Below, one piece after another: positions 9,700-20,599 of a DNA stretch of 64,000 bases. The DNA is taken from the NCBI RefSeq assembly GCF_004010195.1, contig NC_057759.1, positions 5,145,047 to 5,209,046 of the forward strand, written 5' to 3'. The stretch is from Chiloscyllium plagiosum (lineage: Eukaryota). Position numbers and translations under genes: made by a program. How positions within the stretch are numbered: position 1 is the stretch's first letter; each line of letters opens with the position of its first letter. The notes under the pieces were generated by a model. It saw nothing but the letters and a program-made list of their open reading frames with translations. It did not search any database and had not been told where the DNA came from.

Positions 9700-12600
9700 C
9701 AGTTGTGAGAGATCCCTTGGGATGAACATTCATAGCATGATAGAATCTTTCGTTAGAATGGAGAGTGAGATTCTGAGACTAGGTTTCTGAATGTTAATAA
9801 GGTAAACTATGGTAGTATGAGGTGTGAGTAGGCTATAATGGATTGGGAAATGTTACTGTAAAGTATGAGAGTGGGTAGGCAGTGGCGAGCATTCAAAGAG
9901 CGAATGGGTCAGCTACTAAAATTATTTATTCCAACTTGATTTTAGTGAAACTGAAACAGTGACCAACCTATGGCTTCCAGGGGATATTTCAGATAGCATT
10001 AGATGCAAAAACAAAAAGGATTTCAAATTAGCAAGAAAAGAAAGAGTAGCCTTGAGGATGAGGAACAGTTCAGAAGTCACCGAAGGGGGACCAAAAGATT
10101 GCGTGAGAAGAGGAAACTAGAGTATTAGTGTAGGCTTGCTGGGAACATAAAAACTGACTGCAAATGTATAAAGAGAAAAGTATTGCTGAAAACTAATCTA
10201 AATCCATTTCACTCGGAAACAAGAGAATTTACAATGAGGAACAAAGAAATGGCTGATGAACTGAATTTGTACTCACTTTTGTCTTCATACATGAGGAGAT
10301 GAAAAATGTGCTGGAAATGATGGGGAACACGGAAGTTGTTGAGCCGGAGGAAATAAAGGAATATTGCTAGGGAAATTGATGAGATTGAAGGGAGATTGAC
10401 CTCAGGCCCTGACAATCCACATCGCAGAGTGGTTAAGGGAGTGGCCATAGAATTTATGGTTGCATTGGTGACAGTGTTCAAGGATACAACAGACTGTGGG
10501 CTAGTTCATACAGATTAGACGTTTGCTGATGTAACCTTGCTATTTAAAAAGGGAAGTAGAGTCATACAGTAATACAGCATGGAAAAGGCACTCTGACCCA
10601 ACAAAATCCTCTGTTAATTAAAAACATATACCCAGAAAAACTCACCTCAGCTCATAATCTGTTAAAATGTGTGTGTGACAGAGAACTCCTAATTTCTACA
10701 ATGTAAAGAAAAATAATAACTTATTTTCTAACTCTAATAGTGAATAATAAACAACAACTATTTACAAATCCAAGTCCCTTTTCTTAACTACTTATTATCT
10801 GACTTCAATGCAATAAAAATATGTTGTTCCATTAACACACTTATTAAACATTACATTAGCTTAATCTCAAGACCACACAGTCTCTGTCTTCCCTGCTGTC
10901 TTCAGTTTCCTGCTGCTGATCTCTCTGGGTCACCTTCTTTCTTTTCACTGTGAATAAACGTTACATGAAAAGGTACCATTGATAGAGGTTTTTTTTCTGA
11001 TTTCTTTAAGAGCACGATGTTGGAAAGGCAGTTAATTTTCTGGTATTTTCTATCTCTATGGCAGTTTTCAACCAGTTTGCAAAATATCTTCATTCTTATA
11101 TCACACAACTTTGGATCTTCTCATTTGGTCAATGTTGGAAAAACATTAAGTTCAAACTCAATTTGGTTTTAGTATCCCATGGCATCATTTAAACTGATTG
11201 ATTAAATTTGAATTATTGTCAAAACAATAACTCAAGTAACCATTTCACAGCTAAATGTTACATATTTTCAATTTACCAGTATACTCTGGGACTGCCATCC
11301 AGTCAGATACAGGGGTTTGTAATCTCTCAGTTCAGAACAACATTCTCTCTCTTAAAGGTACAGTACATTAAAGGTACAACCTTCAAACTTCATAACATAG
11401 GAGGGTGTGAAAACTGTACTGGAAATGATGGGAAACACAGAGGTTGGTGAGATAGAAGAAGTAACAATATATTGCTGGGGAAATTGATGGGTAAAAACGG
11501 AAATCGATCCTCAGCGCCTGACAATATCCGTTAAGGAAGTGGCCTTAGAATTGATACATTGGCGACCGTGTTTGAGGATCCTACAGATGCTGGGATAGTG
11601 CCTGCATATTAAACGGTTGATGATGCAACCTTACTATTTAAAAAGAGAGGTAGGATCATCCAGTAATACAGCAGGAAAACAGGCCTTCCGGTCCAAACTG
11701 ATCCATGCCAACTATGGTTCCCACTAAGCTATTTACAATTGCCCTCATTTGGTCCACATCCCTCTAAAACCTTCCCATCCATGTACCTATCCAAATGTCT
11801 TTTTAAAAATGTTACTGTTGTACCTGCCTCAACCAATTTCCCTACCAGTCCATTCCATATATGCACCATAGTCTGTATGAAAAAGTTGCTCCTCAGTTCC
11901 TTCTTAAATCTTTCCCCTCTCATCTTAAACCTGTGCCCTCTTGTTTTCATTTCCTTATTCCTGGGAAAAAAAGACTATTTGCATTCATCCTGTCCGTGCC
12001 CCTGATGATTTATATACCTCTCTAAGGTCACCCCTCATTCTTCCACGTTCCAAGGAATAAAACCCTATCCTGGACAACTTCTTCCTCTAACCCAAACCTA
12101 CTCGTCCTGGCAACATCCTTATAAATCTTCTTTGCACTCTTTCCATTTTAACTATATTTTCTTATAACAGGGTGCTCAAAACTGTACACAATACTACAAT
12201 TGCAGCCTCACCAATGACTTATACAACAGCAACATAAAGTCCCAACTCTTATGTTCAATGCCTCGACCGATGAAGGCCAGCATGCTAAATGCCTTCTTAA
12301 CCACCTTGTCACCCGATTATGCTGCCTTCAACAGACAAATGTTTGCACTCCTCGAATCCTCTGTTCCACTCACATCTCTGAACCTTTATATTAATATCTT
12401 GGTTTGACTTTCTAAAGTGTGACAGCTCACACTTACCTGTATTGAATTGCATTTGCCAATCCTCACCCCCTTCCCCATCTGATCAAGATCCTTCAGTAAT
12501 TGTTGATAACCTCTTCCTTGTTGTCATTAATACTTTCTAATTTTGTAATATCCACCAATTTACTAAACATGCCTTGTACATTCACAATCAGACCATTTAT

Positions 12601-13070
12601 GAAAATAGCTGAAAAATGTGTTGCTGCAAAAGCGCAGCAGGTCAGGCAGCATTAAAAGAGCAGGAGAAGCGACGTTTTGGGCATCAGGCTTCTGAAGAAG
12701 GGCTTATGCCCGAAACGTCGATTCTCCTGCTCCTTTGATGCTGCCTGACCTGCTGTGCTTTTCCAGTAACACATTTTTCAGCTCTGATCTCCAGCATCTG
12801 CAGTCCTCATTTTCTCCCATTTATGTAAATAACAAGCTACAAAGGTCCTGTCACCGACCCCTGTGGCATACCACTCGTCACAGGCTTCCAGTCCGAGAAA
12901 ACACTTTCAACCATCACTCTCTGCCTCCTAGAATTCAGTGAAACTTGAGTCCAATTAGTTAGGTTTCCCTGGATTCCAGGCGACCTAACCTTTGTGACTA
13001 GTCTGCCATGCGGGGACCTTGTTAAAATTCATGTAGACAACATCCATTGGGCATTACAGGCCAGTCAGCC
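9700..13070. mobile_element. Nested CR1 fragments (+ at 9700-10560 and 11400-11650; - at 11650-13050) with an LTR-like insert at about 10605-11397
   Basis: CR1 ORF2 motifs (minus strand MKTRGHRFKMRGERFKKELRSNFF...WNGL); the segment ending ...cttcataaca reads TGTTATG on the minus strand. Confidence 0.65.
12606..12817. mobile_element. Penelope terminal module in fold-back arrangement with hammerhead core
   Basis: Inverted copies of gctgaaaaatgtgttgctg..aaagcgcagcaggtcaggcagcat flank CTGAAGAAGGGCTTATGCCCGAAACGTC (12692-12719). Confidence 0.8.
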
Positions 13071-14120
13071 TCACGTTGGAATTGGGAGCATCAGGGAGAA
13101 GGGTGATGGGTAAAACCATAAGCATTATAGCCAGCAATTGATATCAGAGCTAGTACTGTGCTGTTATCAGCTAGAACGAACCGCTCAGATTATTACTGCT
13201 TTAATAATGCCAATCACTCAGTGTCATCCTTTCAGCTGCTGAAATACATTTCTCTCTAGATTTGATGGGAATTAAGTCAATCAAATCATGCGACGAACTT
13301 TCAAAATAATATTCACATCAATTTCAAGGAATAACATTAGTTTAGACAGTGGATTGGCTAGCCAACAGCGAACAGAGACAGGATAAATGGATCGTTTTTC
13401 TGTTCGAGTGCGATATAATGAGTGCAACTCACAGGGTTAAGCCTTTATCTCCAACTATTTGGAATCTGTATTCATGATTTGGACACAGGGATAGAAGTTA
13501 CTCCAGGCAAATTTGCAGATAGTGCTAAAATAGTTGGGAAATAAGACATTTATAAATAGGACGGAATAGGTTAGGTAATAGTGACAAAATTTGACATTTG
13601 ATGCGGGTATGATTGGGGTTGCCCATTGTGGTCAAAGGAATAGAAATGCAACTTATTATTCAAGTAGGAGAGAAACTTCAGAGTGATTCGGTGCAGAGGG
13701 ATCTGGGTGTCCTTGTGCACGAATCTTATTACAGCAAGGAAGGCAACTGGCAATTGCTGAAAGAATGGTGTAATTGAGTCGGGAAATGATGCTGCAACTG
13801 TACAAGGCCTTAGGGTCTTCGCATCCGGAGAACTGTGTGGTTTTTTTGGTCCACTTACTTGAGGAGGGATGTAATTGCATTGGAGGCAGTTCAGTGGAGA
13901 TCCACTCAATCAATTCCAAGGGTTTGTCTTATGTGGAGAGATTAAATGGTTTCGGCCTATACTCTAGATAGTTTAGAAGATTGAGAGGAGGTCCAATTAT
14001 GGGATATAAGATGCGAAAGTGTGATGTGGGGTCAACAAAGATGGGAGAGAGGATGTTTCCTCCTGTGAGAAAATCTAGAAATGAGAGGTCATTATTTCTG
14101 GATAAGGGGCTGAGCAGACT

Positions 14121-14402
14121 GAAAGCAGAGATAAGGAGGGATCCCTTTTCTGAAAGTTGGGAGTCAGGGAAGGGAGGCGTGAATCTATAGAAATTCACCA
14201 CTCCGCCCTCCCCAGAGGTTGTGGGGATGCCAGAACACTTAATAAATTTGGGGAGGAGGCAGAAGCAGAGATAAGGAGGGATCCCTTTTCTGAAAGTTGG
14301 GAGTCAGGGAAGGGAGGCGTGAATCTGTAGAAATTCACCACTCCGCCCTCCCCAGAGGTTGTGGGGGATACCAGAACACTTAATAAATTTGGGGAGGAGG
14401 CA
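14121..14402 (+). repeat. About 141-bp direct tandem duplication inside a CR1 fragment
   Basis: agcagagataaggagggatccc...ttggggaggaggca occurs twice back-to-back with few differences. Confidence 0.9.
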
Positions 14403-14550
14403 GAAGGATTTTTGATTGTGCCAATCTTCGGGCTACTTTCCCATCTGATCAAAATCCCTCTGTAATTGTTGATAACCTTTCTTGCTGTCAACCGTACCTC
14501 TAATTTTGTATCATCCACCAACTTATTAATCATGCCTTGTACATTTACAG

Positions 14551-14761
14551 AGGAGAAAGTGAGGACTGCAGATGCTGGAGATCAGAACTGAAAATATGTT
14601 GCTGGAAAAGCGCAGCAGGTCAGGCAGCATCCAAGGAACAGGAGAATCGACGTTTCGGGCATAAGCCCTTCTTCAGGAAGGGCTTATGCCCAAAACGTCG
14701 ATTCTCCTGTTCCTTGGATGCTGCCTGACCTGCTGCGCTTTTCCAGCAACACATTTTCAGC
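14551..14761. mobile_element. Penelope terminal module, fold-back, with target-site duplication
   Basis: About 85-bp inverted arms around cttcttcaggaag; flanked by cttgtacatttacag at 14536-14550 and 14761-14775. Confidence 0.88.
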
Positions 14762-15252
14762 TTGTACATTTACAGCCAGATCATTTATGTAAATAACAAA
14801 TAGTGCATGTCCCAGCACTGAATCCTATGGCATGCCACAAGTCACAAGCCTCCAGTCTGAGAAACAACCTTCAAACACTATTCTCTGCTTCCTAGAACTG
14901 AGCCAATTTGAATCCAATAAGGCTTGCTCTCACAGAATCATAACCTTTGTGACTAGTCTGCCGTGCAGGAACTTGTCAAAGGCCTCACTAAAGTCCATAT
15001 AGACTACATCCATTTGGAATTATAGACCAGTCAGCCTGATGTCGGAATTGAGAGTGTCAGGGACATGTTGAGGGTTCAACATTGGCCATCGTTTCAAGTC
15101 AACATGACGGATTAAAGAGAGTGGGGGCAGGGACATGGATTTGAGGCTGAGATATGATCAGCCACAGTTGTTCGGAATGGGGGAAGCAGGTTTTGGAGGG
15201 ACTGAATGGCCTCGTTCTGCTTCTAACCCTTATATTCTAAAGTGAAACATAC

Positions 15253-15540
15253 CTTGCACATCCACATATTTGTAAGCTGACGTGTATACAGGACCTTTGG
15301 GATGCTTAACAAACTGCATTTGGCATCGATACCATCCTGCATCCTCAGATGTAACCTGTTCCTTTTCAAAAGAAACACTTTTATTTCTTGTCCGGATCTC
15401 AGCCACAACAGAGCCTTCCCGATAAAATGTGTAAATGAATTCATCTTGCGCGTGGAATATGAACTGACAATTCAACTTCAGTGTCTGTGTATACCACAGA
15501 GCTTCTGGCTCAGATTCAATACTCATAAGCGAATCAGGAG
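15253..15540 (-). CDS. FCRL-like gene, Ig exon, open
   Basis: Acceptor tttctttcttgacag|CTCCTGAT at 15541-15542, donor CAAG|gtatgt at 15251-15252; 288 nt, phase 1-1. SEPEALWYTQTLKLNC...FIYTFYREG...VTSEDAGWYRC...YVDVQ. Confidence 0.9.
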
Positions 15541-15799
15541 CTGTCAAGAAAGAAATGACTTGAATTAATAACGGGGCGTAAGAACCAACCAGACCAATCA
15601 GCTGCTTGCTGCCAGCAAAGTCTCTACTCATACAAGTCCCTGACTCCAGCTCATCATCCAACACGACTTTCCAAGTAGCTGTGTAACCAACCCTTCCACT
15701 TATGATTATAAAACAAATTTCCAAAAGGGGCACCGAATTTTGCTTTTGCAGTGTCTTTTCCCCATTTCAGCCCACTATCCAAAATACAGGAAAAAATAA

Positions 15800-18480
15800 T
15801 CGGTAATTCTCAAGAGCAGTGCATCCCATTGACAGGAAATATAGAGGAGCTGGGTATTGTTTAAATGGAGAAAGACTGCAGAAAGCTATGGATCAGAGGG
15901 ATTTGAGGAGTCCTTGTTTGTGAATCACAAAAAAAGCTAGCATGCAAATACAGTGGGTTACAGGGAACACAAATTGTTTTTATTTCAAAGGAAATGGGCC
16001 ATAAACAGTGGGAAGTTTTACTAAAGCTATACAGCCAACGCATTAGTCAGACTGTAGCTAGGATCCAGTGAACAGTTTGGGCCCCATATCTAAGGAAGGT
16101 TAGACCAACATTGGAGGCAGTCCACAGAAGGTTCACTCAGCTGAGCTGGGTAGGGAGGGACTGTCTAATGAGAGAGAAATTGAGTACGTTGGGCCTGTCC
16201 TCATTGGAGTTTACAAGAAAGAGAGGCGACCTTATGGAATATTCTTCAAGAGTTTTACAGCACTGATGCAGAAGAGGATGTTTCCCCTTGTGTGGGAGAG
16301 CCTGAGACAAGAGGGGCATTGCCTCAGAATAAGGGGATGTGGCGGACACCTAGTGAAGTTGGAGATGAGAAGGAATTCCTTCTGTCCGTGGGTAGTGAGT
16401 CTGTGGAATTCTTTGCCGCACAGGGCTGTTGAAGCTGGATCATTGAGGACATCCAAGTATGAAAATTTTAATTGGGAAGGAGAGTTGAGGGTGACTGGGA
16501 GTGTAGAGTTGTAGATGGTCAGACGGATTGCGATATCATTGAACACTGGAGCAGATGCAATGGGCTGAATGACCTAATTCTGATCCCACATCTCAAGAAT
16601 TTGAGAATGCAAGTGTCACAAGTCACTGCTCTGCTGATACAGCAGTCAATGCCTGCTATGTACTGAACAGATACTGCTGAGAACTATTCTTTCTGTGCTG
16701 TTAATGTTTGGAAAGGTGAACCATTTCCTAATGTCCTGCATTGACTGTGGAAGAGAAACTGTCAAGTGGGGGGGAAGGGGGTTACAAAAGAATTAAAAGA
16801 ATGCATCAGACTCAGCGTCATAGAGTCGTCAACTCATAGGTTCATACAACACAGAAATGGACACTTCAGTCCAACAAGTCCATGCCGATCATAATCCCAA
16901 ACTAAACTAGCCATATCTGCCTGAGCTTGGCTCATATCCCTGCAAACATTTTTAAAAAAATCATGCACTTAGCCAAATGTTTTTCAAACTTACAACTGTA
17001 ACCACATCCATCACTTCCTCTGGAAGTTTATTCCACACACGAACCACACTGTGTAAAATCAACTGTCCTTCATGTCCTTCTTAAATCTCTTTCCTCTTAT
17101 TTTAAAAATATGCCCACTAGTCTTGAAATCCCCCACCCTCGGGAAAAAGATTCCTTCCATCCCCTCATGATTTTGAAAACCTCTATTAAGACCCCCTTCG
17201 ACCTCGTGCACTACAGTCAATGCAACATATTTTTATAACTCAAACCCTCCATTCCCAGCAACATCCTGGTAAATCTTTTCTGAACCCCCTTCTGCATAAG
17301 AATAGCTTTCCTTTAACAGGGCAGCCAGAACTGGACAGAACTCTGGAAGAGGCCTCACCAACATACTGTACAACCTCAACATGACATCCAATCCCCTATA
17401 TTCAAAGGTCTGAGCAAGGAAGGTAAACATGCTAAATGCTACCTTAACCACCCTGTCTACCTGTGACGCAAATTTGAAAGAATTGTGCTCCTGAATCCTA
17501 AGCCTCTCTATTCAACTACACTACCTAAGGCCCTTTTAATTGTAGAAGCTCTGCCTTTGTTTGTTTTGCCAAAAAGTAACACTGCACATTTATCCAAATT
17601 AAACTCCTTCTCCCACGCCTCAGCCCACTGACCCGATCACGTTTTAGGGCCAGAGGTAGGGTTGCAGTTGAAGTAGTGGCCCCTCTTTTCCCGACATGTG
17701 TATCTTGGTTGTGGATCTGGATCTTGTTGTGCAGGGGGAGCATTTCCAAGTTTGCAGATTGCAAAAAATCCCAGGAGAATCGTAAACTGTAAGGAGAAAT
17801 AGTGTGGAAATCCAATAGGACATTGACAAATTGGTGGCATGGGCAGAGCTGTGGCAGATGCAATTCAATGTAAAGAGAAGTGTGAGGTGCGGCACTTGGT
17901 GGGAAGAACATTGAACGATAATAAAAAGTAGGGGGATACAATTCTACAGAGGGGTGTAGGAGCAGAGGGAGCTGGGGCACATGTCCACAAATCAGTGAAG
18001 GCGGAATGACGAGGGGAGAGCGATTAATAAAATACACAATGCCTTTGGCTTTATTAGTAGAGTTGTACAGTCTGCCAGCAGGGCGGTGATACAAGACACC
18101 AGTTAGACCTCAGCTGGAGTACTGTGTAGGGAGCTGGGGCACATGTCCACAAATCAGTGAAGGTGGAACGACAAGGGGAGAGCAGTTAATAAAATACATA
18201 ATGCCTTTGGCTTTATTAGTAGAGTTGTACAGTCTGCCAGCAGGGCGGTGATTTTGAATATGTACAAGACACCAGTTAGACCTCAGCTGGAGTACTGTGT
18301 ACACTTGTTGGCACCATGTTACAACAACGTAATGGGGAATGGGGCAGGGTTTGGGGGAAGCACAGAAGCAGTTTACGGATGTGCTTTTCCAGCACCACTC
18401 TAATCTAGACTCTGGTTTCCAGCATCTGCAGTCATTGTTTTTACCTAAGATTCCATGGATGAGAAACTTCAGCGCTCGAG
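15800..18480. mobile_element. Cluster of degenerate CR1 fragments on both strands
   Basis: CR1 ORF2 C-terminal motifs (VVSLWNSLP; FEYRGLDVMLRLYSMLVRPL) and a local duplication 17965-18120 / 18128-18290. Confidence 0.7.
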
Positions 18481-19516
18481 CTTTAATGGAGTATCATGCT
18501 TTTCAGTCTATAACAGACTGCATTAAACAGTGAGCTTTGTTTTGACTTATAATTGGGAAATAACCAGGAATTTAGTTCATAAAGGGAGCTGGTTTTCTCT
18601 TAGCAAGAGATTGTTTCAGTTCAGATCATTTCCCCTCTGGGAGTGCACCAGCAGGATGTTTTCTTCTTGTTTTTCTTTTAATTTGTGAAGTCTCCAAGCT
18701 AGGACAGTTTGATATAGAAATGTAAAATTCTCAGAGGTGTAAGATATATAATAAAACACTCACGCCCTCGAAATAGCGAGACTGTCACTCAAACAGACTC
18801 GTGGATGAAACATGACATTGAAAAGACAAATGGAAAGAAGGAGTCAGTTAAGTCGAGCTTTCAAGAGTTGGATGACGATGATAGAAATATCAAAAATAGG
18901 AGAAGGAGTAGGCCACTTAGCCCTTCGAGAGAGTGCTGTCATTCAATCGGATAGTCTCAGTCCCGTTCCCCGTTTTAACGGCTTTAATAACGAACTCTAT
19001 ATGAACTTAAGGGGCGGGGTCATATGTACCGGACGTATCACAGATTAGCAATCGAGTGGACCAGGGTGACAATCCACAGGGTGAGTTTGAATCCCCCTGC
19101 TTTCCTACGAGAGCCGCTGGGTAACACTGATCCAGGCTCAGTGAGATCTGCACATGAGATGGTGTCTGTCGAAACCATGCCACCCACCCACTTCCCATCA
19201 TCACAAGAGTCCTTCTGGGAGACTGCTGTCTGTTCTAAGCACTTCCCTTTCCCTTTCCAAATCCAATTGCCTCCAACTTTCAAGTGGGCAAGCTGCCCAG
19301 TCCAAGGGCATGTGGCTCACAATGTGGCAGCAATGCCTGAGAAAGTTTGGGGGTGGGGGGTGGGGGTGTGGAAGGCACCATCAATCGATTCAGTGAAGAC
19401 CCGCAAACCTTTGCGCATCATAGCTGCACTGATGCTAACCCATGAGAAGACCAATATCCTTACTATTCCTACCCCTGAGTATCTTTGGGAATTATTAGAA
19501 ACACGCCCCAACTCAC

Positions 19517-19790
19517 AGGATACTCTCACGAGAATGCTGTTACTGTAGGGTGTTTTATGTGCCGATGTGGAAGATTGGCATCTGTACTCCCCAACATCCT
19601 CCTTTGTAGCAGCCTCAATGATGTAAGTCTTCTCCCTGAACTCTTTGGTAGTTTTGTTTATGATCCAGTTAGGTCGTCGAATGAAGCTCCCGACCGGCAT
19701 TGCAGCTAAGAGTGATCCGGTCACCCGTTAAGAATCTGTCCCACATTGGCTCCATCGTTAGTACAGGTGCTCCAGTCTCCACTGAGGAAC
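19517..19790 (-). pseudogene. FCRL-like gene, first Ig exon (FcR D1-type) with a +1 frameshift
   Basis: Acceptor tttttctatggattag|GTTCCTCA at 19791-19792, donor TCCT|gtgagt at 19515-19516; 274 nt (3n+1). GAPVLTMEPMWDRFLTGDRITLSCNAGR / SFIRRPNWIINKTTKEFREKTYIIEAATKEDVGEYRCQ...SNSILVRVS; the two halves are in different frames, and the first stops at 19669-19671. Confidence 0.9.
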
Positions 19791-20599
19791 CTAATCCATA
19801 GAAAAACATACACAGCCACAATGGGAAGCACTGAAATTTGCTTGCTGCAGTAGCTTGCCACTCAGACAACTCAAGTTGGCTTAGGCTGTTGAGAGGTAAG
19901 TAACATTCCCATCTCACAAATTCTAGACGACTATCTCCAATAAGAGAGAATTGAACCATCACCCCTTGACATTCAATGGTGTTACCATCTCTGAATCGCC
20001 TCAATATCGATATATAGGGGTTACCAGTGAGAGAGAATCTCACCAGCCCCTTCACTTCCAAAGATATTACCATGACTGAATCCGTCATACTATCAGTATT
20101 GGGGGTGGGGGTGGGGGAGGTTTACAATTGAGAGAGAATTGAACCATCTCCCTTTGGTGTTCTATTGTGTTATTATCACTAAAGTCCCCACTATCAATAT
20201 GCTGGGGTTACTATTGAAGGATAAATTAACCATCATTTTCCCCATTATCAACATTCTCAAGGCTATGTTGAGAGATCGTAACCATTGCCACCCATCCTCC
20301 CGGCTTCACAACATTTGTGTTGCTATCATTAAAAGCAAATCTAATCATCGCCCCCTCATTGGTGTTAGCATCACTGAATCACTCATTATCAATATGATGG
20401 GGATGACTATCAAGAGAGAGTCTAGCCAACAGTCCTTGACTTTCAATATTAATATCATCACTGAATCCCCCCACGATTAATATCCTGGGTATGCCATTGA
20501 CCAGAAACTGGACTGGACTCACCATGTAAGCACAATAGCTACAACAGCAGGTCAGAGGCTGGGAAGCCTGCAGTGAGTAACTCACCTTTGGACTCGCAC

